64,000 nt of DNA. Origin: an uncultured virus (IMG/VR IMGVR_UViG_3300044701_002172). Its lineage: Duplodnaviria > Heunggongvirae > Uroviricota > Caudoviricetes. The DNA lies in the IMG/VR virus record IMGVR_UViG_3300044701_002172, positions 1 through 64,000 of that record; one strand, written 5' to 3'. Both the position numbers and the translations under genes were made by a program. This document shows, piece by piece, positions 58,933-64,000 of this stretch (positions within the stretch are counted from its first letter, which is position 1; each line of letters starts with the position of its first letter). The notes below the pieces were generated by a model. It saw only the letters and a list, made by a program, of their open reading frames with translations. It made no database searches and had not been told where the DNA came from.

Positions 58933-59509
58933 TACTGTCCTCCATAAAAGATTTTAATATATCCTGAATATAAATATTACCCTCACCGCCATCATATTGA
59001 AATACCATAGTCAATCTTCCGTTAGATTCAGATAAACATGTAGATGGTCTAGATCCGTGATGTAAAGATGTTGGAGCAATAACAACTCTACCTGGCTTGG
59101 GTAAAACCGAAATTGTAAAATCTGGGTTTTCTGATTTCGAAAAATATGTATCACCTCCCCAATGTTGCTCCCATTTAGTGTTTAGATATACTATAAAACT
59201 AATTCCGTATGGGGTATCATAGCAATCTCGATGAGTGTCACAAAAATCTAATTGTTTAAATAAATTAATCAATACTCTATTAAAATTTGGGATATCAAAA
59301 GAAAAATTTTGTTTTAATTTTTCCAAAACCAAATTTACTACAAAATCATCTTTTTCTGGAAAGGCAGTAAAACTAGAAATTCTGTTTGTTATATCGTTAG
59401 TTAATCTATAAATTTGTAATCCATACGCCCACTTTTCTAAATCTTCAATTTCTTCTGGTAAAAAAATGTCATCAACAATAATGACATCTTCAATGTAATT
59501 AATTTTCAC
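58925..59509 (-). CDS. 2OG-Fe(II) oxygenase
   Basis: THRD; YLN..W...WGGDT; HHGS; RLT. Confidence 0.88.
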   Translation of the reverse strand: MKINYIEDVIIVDDIFLPEEIEDLEKWAYGLQIYRLTNDITNRISSFTAFPEKDDFVVNLVLEKLKQNFSFDIPNFNRVLINLFKQLDFCDTHRDCYDTPYGISFIVYLNTKWEQHWGGDTYFSKSENPDFTISVLPKPGRVVIAPTSLHHGSRPSTCLSESNGRLTMVFQYDGGEGNIYIQDILKSFMEDSNA

Positions 59510-60125
59510 GACTATAAATGCTCCGAAACCATCCAGTTAAAATATATTTGTTTTTTGTAAATACTGTATTGCCTCTATGTAAATGAGTATAAGCAGCGGG
59601 CCAAATGAGAGTAGTACCAGCGGTAGGTTTAACTCTTAATTTTTGATGAAAAAATTCTGTTTCAGCTTCTCCATCAGGCATATCATTTAAATAAATCATC
59701 CATGCTACATGCCTACTATTAAAAAATTGAGATGATCCCACACGTTCAGTGTGCCAAACATGATAACCTCCCCCAGGCGGGGTTCGCTGCATTTTAATTT
59801 CCGTACAGGCTAAAGCAGTTGTATTTAAATCTGGATATTCTTTAGAATATTTGTCGTATGCTATTTGTAAATATTCGTAACAAGTATCAGATAATCCATT
59901 ATCTAAAATATTTAAAAATATTGAAATATCATTTCTTCCAGTTATACCCAAATTAAATTGTTTATCACCTGAAGATATTACGGTGTCATCTTCTGTAGTG
60001 TAATTTACATCTCCAAAATTCATTAATTTTTTGTTTGTTGTAAATTCAAACCATTCAATATATTCTTCACATAATTGTTTAGGCAAAAGATTTTCAAAAA
60101 TTCCAATATGATCAATTATTTTCAT
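59499..60125 (-). CDS. 2OG-Fe(II) oxygenase
   Basis: GGYHVWHTE; WMIYLND; ETEF; WPAAYTHLHRGN; KYILTGW. Confidence 0.9.
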   Translation of the reverse strand: MKIIDHIGIFENLLPKQLCEEYIEWFEFTTNKKLMNFGDVNYTTEDDTVISSGDKQFNLGITGRNDISIFLNILDNGLSDTCYEYLQIAYDKYSKEYPDLNTTALACTEIKMQRTPPGGGYHVWHTERVGSSQFFNSRHVAWMIYLNDMPDGEAETEFFHQKLRVKPTAGTTLIWPAAYTHLHRGNTVFTKNKYILTGWFRSIYSREN

Positions 60126-60148
60126 AGTTAATTTTTATCTACTAGTAT

Positions 60149-61729
60149 TTAGGTTGTCCCAGAAACAGTTCCTGTGTATGAATATGTATATGCTTGATTT
60201 GCTCTGACTGCTCTTCCAGCAGCTCCCCCTGTTCCTCCACCTGCTGCACCCCAATCACCTCCAGACGCTCCTGGATTTCCAGCACCACCAGTATTTCCTG
60301 TTGCTCCAGTATTTCCTCGTGCTCCAGAATTTCCTGAAGCACCTCTACTTCCTGCATTTCCTGCCGCTCCAGCAGCACCATTGTTTCCAGGATTACCGTT
60401 ATTCCCTCTTCCTCCAGCATTACCAGTGGCTCTTACCGTTTCTGAACTATTCGAACAGTTAGTGTTCCTCCGACTAGTTACTTGTCTTGTCCAAGAACCA
60501 GGAGCTGTATTTGTTCTTCCAGCGTTACCAGGCGCACCAGCACCACCAGCACCAGCACCAGATCCAGCAGTTCCAGCAATACCTGCGCTTCTTGTCCATG
60601 TTGTTGGTGAGGCAAGACCAGCGTTTCCTGGAGTGCCAGCAGTGCCAGCAGAACCAGTGCTGCCAGATAACCCAGCATTACCTGTTATTGGTCCTGTTAA
60701 ATTATTATATCCTCTTCCAGCGCCTCCAGTTCCACCAGCACCGCCTGCTCCACCAGCACCGCCTGCTCCACCAGCGCCACCAGTTCCACCAGCGCCACCT
60801 GGACCACCTAATCCATTTTGACCAGGATTTCCTGAATTACCTGGATTACCTCTAGCACCACCAGCACCACCAGTACCAGCTCCACCTGTTGTAGATCTAG
60901 AACCAGAATTAACAGGTCCACCAAGACGCCTGTTACACTGGGTGGGGAAACTAAAGGGAGACCATCTTTGTGTTGTTCTGTCTGGTCTTGTTACTGTAAC
61001 ATTATTTCCATTTGCTCCAGTATTTCCAGGATTTCCAAATGCTCCAGCCGTTCCAGCAGTTGCTCCATTACCAGCAGCTCCAGTATTTCCAGTATTTCCA
61101 TTGGCTCCAGTATTTCCTGCTGCTCCAGTATTGCCAGGAGTGCCACTATTACCCCCTGTACCACCACCACCACCGCCTCTAATGGAACCAGTAGAACCAC
61201 TTACTGTGTAACCAACTACCGAAATCAGAACAGCATCTCCTCCAGGATTTCCTGCTACTCCAGCAGCACCTCCTGTACCTCCCCCACCATAAATGTTTCC
61301 GCCAGAAACTTGAATATTTACATTTCCAGCAACAGTTCCCGTACCAGATGATAGTGCTGTATTTCCAGCTGAAGTAGCTCCAACTGTACCTGTAATTACC
61401 ACACGTTTAGGAATTACTTTATTGTAGTTACTATTCCATTGAGTTAATGTAGAAATAGTAACATTTGTATCAGTTCCAGATTGTGTTACTACAGATTCTT
61501 TTATTGTATTTCTGTATTTACTAGCAGATATTAGAGCATTGGTTGTAGGAACGGCAGCATTTTCAGTAGCATCATAAATGTATGGTGCTACTGTAGTATT
61601 AGTTGTTTTTCTTTTTAATTCACTATATGAAATTGAACCTGATGTTGTTCCTTTGTAAGTGTTTCTTAAAGCACTTAAGGAAATAGCACCAGATCCAAAA
61701 TTAGTTGTGGTACTGGACGTAATAGCCAT
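60149..61729 (-). CDS. Gly-X-X-rich fibre-tip adhesin (gp38-like / collagen-like)
   Basis: GAISLSAL N-terminus; IYGGGGTGG, SIRGGGGGG, GGDWGAAGG..GGAAGRAV; long GNP/GNT/GAA/GAG runs. Confidence 0.75.
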   Translation of the reverse strand: MAITSSTTTNFGSGAISLSALRNTYKGTTSGSISYSELKRKTTNTTVAPYIYDATENAAVPTTNALISASKYRNTIKESVVTQSGTDTNVTISTLTQWNSNYNKVIPKRVVITGTVGATSAGNTALSSGTGTVAGNVNIQVSGGNIYGGGGTGGAAGVAGNPGGDAVLISVVGYTVSGSTGSIRGGGGGGTGGNSGTPGNTGAAGNTGANGNTGNTGAAGNGATAGTAGAFGNPGNTGANGNNVTVTRPDRTTQRWSPFSFPTQCNRRLGGPVNSGSRSTTGGAGTGGAGGARGNPGNSGNPGQNGLGGPGGAGGTGGAGGAGGAGGAGGAGGTGGAGRGYNNLTGPITGNAGLSGSTGSAGTAGTPGNAGLASPTTWTRSAGIAGTAGSGAGAGGAGAPGNAGRTNTAPGSWTRQVTSRRNTNCSNSSETVRATGNAGGRGNNGNPGNNGAAGAAGNAGSRGASGNSGARGNTGATGNTGGAGNPGASGGDWGAAGGGTGGAAGRAVRANQAYTYSYTGTVSGTT

Positions 61730-61730
61730 A

Positions 61731-64000
61731 TTACTTATTCTTTAATGACTGTACTTCTTCTTTGAGTTCTTTAATAGCTTCAATTAGTAGTGGAACTAAT
61801 CTTTCATACTGAACGGCAAGATAACCATTATCTCTTTCAATTACTGCTTCTGGGAGAACTTCTTTGATCTCTTGAGCAATAACACCAGCTTCACGCTTAG
61901 TTGTATCCTTGCCTTCCGCTAATTCATTCCAATTATATTTAACACCAGAAATCTGTGTTACTTTATCTAGAGCATTATCAATCGTTTCGATATTTGTCTT
62001 TAATCTTCTGTCAGATGAAGCAAACGCTGTAATATCACCTGTACAAGACAAATCACCTGTATTGCTAATCCAAGCTACGTCAGAACTACCTCTACGGAAT
62101 CTTACAACTTCAGTTGAACTTGCTCCAGCATTAATATACCATCTGTTTGAATGGTACTCAAGCTTACCTTCGCTAGCACCAGCATCGCCAGTCCAAGTAG
62201 CAACGTTATCTTGACGGAAAGAGCTAGCTCCTCCTAGACGAAGAACACTGTTAGTTCCGCTAGTAAATGTGAATTGAGCACTACCAGCAAGAGCACCATT
62301 GTTATTATATTGAACCTGAGTATTAGATCCACCAATATCAAATGTTGCCCATTCAATACCAGAAGCAGTTGATTTAATAAATTTACCAGCTCCACTATTA
62401 GCTAAGAAAATAGTTGCTCCGTCTCCAGATTGATAAGGAACACTGCCAGCAGCACCGCCAGCAAGATTAGTGGCGGTTGTTGCTGTTGTAGCGTTACCAC
62501 TCAAGGCAGCAGTAATAGTACCAGCAGAGAAGTTACCCGAAGCATCTCTGGCAACAAGATTTGTATTACCAGAGGTTGAAGCAGTAACATTAATTGTTCT
62601 TGCTGTGCCACCATTAAATGTAGTGCCAGCGTCATAAGTTAGATATGTTCCAAGTGATAAAGCAGCAGCAGTTGAAGCAGTGATTGTAATGTTAGCACTG
62701 CCATTAAAGGATACTCCGTTTATTGTTCTGGCAGTTTGTAGTGTCGTGGCAGTAGAAGCGTTACCACTTAAGGTGGCAGTGATAGTACCAGCAGCAAAGT
62801 TGCCAGAACCATCTCTCTTAACCAGCGTGTTATTCGTATTTAATGAAGAAACTGGGTTATTGCCTGTGTGTAAAATAGTGTACTTAGTTGAAGTACCAAC
62901 GGACCATCCACCCCAGAATAAATCGTTAGTAGCACCATCAAGACCAAAGTAACCAGCGTAATCTCCAGATACGTGGAACGTTAAGAAAGCATCTCTTCCA
63001 GCAGTATCATTGAAAATAGTTAATGTTTTATTACCAGAACCAGAACCTTGATCACCAGAAGTAGTGTTAATAAGTACTTGATTGCCAGCCAAGAAAGTTA
63101 AACTTCCTGACATAGTATCACCAGACTTCAATACGTTTAGAGAAGCAGCTCCAGTCAAGGAAGCGGTAATTGTCCCAGCAGCAAAGTTACCAGAACCATC
63201 TCTTTGAACAGCAGTGCTAGCATTGTTTAATGAGGAGAACGTAATATTACCAGCATTCCAAATTACGTTGCTGTTTAATGTAAGAGCATTAGCGTTTCCT
63301 GCTAAAATATTTAATGATCCACTACCATTGGCTGAGTTTCCGCCAGAAACAGCAAGACGTACATTATAAAGACCAGCAGGAGAACTACTAGATCTAAAAT
63401 CAATTACTGGAACAGAAGCAGTTCCATCAGTTCTTCCAAGTGATAATCTAGCAGTGCCAGAAACAGATTCTAGTTTAGCAACATCAAATGTTCCAGCAAA
63501 ATCACTGATATTGTAATCATTAATAATTTCATTTGTTTGTGTATTACCAATTCGGAAAGCAGCAGCAATATTACCAGATAATAATCTACCAGTTAAGATA
63601 GTATAATCTAGAGTGTCATCAATATTATTTGAAGTTGATACATTAAGAAGTTCAAAATCACCAACTTTAATACCAATCGAATCAAATAAATCAATCGTTA
63701 ATCCAGATACAAATGGTGCTTCCGAAAGAATCTTACCAGAAATATAAACATCAAAGAATGTTTGAGCAACATAAGATTTTACAGTTAATGAATTATCAAC
63801 TGATGTAGATCCCAAGAAAGAAGAAATGTGGGAAGGACCAATGATACCAGAATTAATATTATAAGCATTTTGATAGAAAGTACCTTGTCTGCCATCAAGT
63901 AGGTCGGCATCCATTCCAGTGCCAACACCATCATTAATAGAAGTCCAAACTTTAGCCCAGGTGCTGAATGAAGCAACACCAGAACCAGAACCACGAATCC
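61731..64000 (-). CDS. Tail fibre with C-terminal intramolecular chaperone (S74-type); 5' end outside window
   Basis: Frame open to the window edge; DADLLDG; three RD(G/A)SGNF(A/S)AGTITA repeats; SSDRRLKTNI...GVIAQE...LIEAIKEL. Confidence 0.92.
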   Translation of the reverse strand, partial: IRGSGSGVASFSTWAKVWTSINDGVGTGMDADLLDGRQGTFYQNAYNINSGIIGPSHISSFLGSTSVDNSLTVKSYVAQTFFDVYISGKILSEAPFVSGLTIDLFDSIGIKVGDFELLNVSTSNNIDDTLDYTILTGRLLSGNIAAAFRIGNTQTNEIINDYNISDFAGTFDVAKLESVSGTARLSLGRTDGTASVPVIDFRSSSSPAGLYNVRLAVSGGNSANGSGSLNILAGNANALTLNSNVIWNAGNITFSSLNNASTAVQRDGSGNFAAGTITASLTGAASLNVLKSGDTMSGSLTFLAGNQVLINTTSGDQGSGSGNKTLTIFNDTAGRDAFLTFHVSGDYAGYFGLDGATNDLFWGGWSVGTSTKYTILHTGNNPVSSLNTNNTLVKRDGSGNFAAGTITATLSGNASTATTLQTARTINGVSFNGSANITITASTAAALSLGTYLTYDAGTTFNGGTARTINVTASTSGNTNLVARDASGNFSAGTITAALSGNATTATTATNLAGGAAGSVPYQSGDGATIFLANSGAGKFIKSTASGIEWATFDIGGSNTQVQYNNNGALAGSAQFTFTSGTNSVLRLGGASSFRQDNVATWTGDAGASEGKLEYHSNRWYINAGASSTEVVRFRRGSSDVAWISNTGDLSCTGDITAFASSDRRLKTNIETIDNALDKVTQISGVKYNWNELAEGKDTTKREAGVIAQEIKEVLPEAVIERDNGYLAVQYERLVPLLIEAIKELKEEVQSLKNK

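Noticed and set aside
60200..61300. Short DNA repeats as a CRISPR array or satellite
   Set aside because: Explained by Gly-X-X codons; no constant repeat with unique spacers was seen anywhere in the window

Overview
This is a 64-kb segment of a T4-like cyanomyovirus genome, almost all on the minus strand. Reading the + strand left to right it holds: the 5' half of psbA; an inverted (+ strand) 1542-aa fibre gene; a photosynthesis/auxiliary island (2 hli, petF, SLH porin, cpeT, four tRNAs, a manA-like RNA); a cell-wall enzyme module (rlpA, C39-like peptidase, GH24 lysozyme); the replication block (nrdAB, g61, mazG, g41, uvsX, g43, hsp20, regA, g62/44/45, cobS/cobT-like, g46/47, g55, uvsW, uvsY, plus tRNA-Ser); the head/tail block (g3, g23 to g13); and four 2OG-Fe(II) oxygenases behind a Gly-X-X-rich gp38-like adhesin and a chaperone-bearing tail fibre. 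The strongest signal is a lysozyme domain with no start codon of its own. It is joined to the upstream peptidase by an A_AAA_AAG slippery site plus a 3' stem-loop, the layout of a programmed -1 frameshift giving two endolysin forms. A second A_AAA_AAG site ends a putative internal head protein gene. Other signals are host-type regulatory sites (an exact NtcA class II promoter, an HLR1/RpaB-like repeat over the hli promoter, a ROSE-like thermometer on hsp20), a structured rlpA leader and back-to-back promoters at g55. All calls come from reading the sequence and recalling families; no database searches were run.
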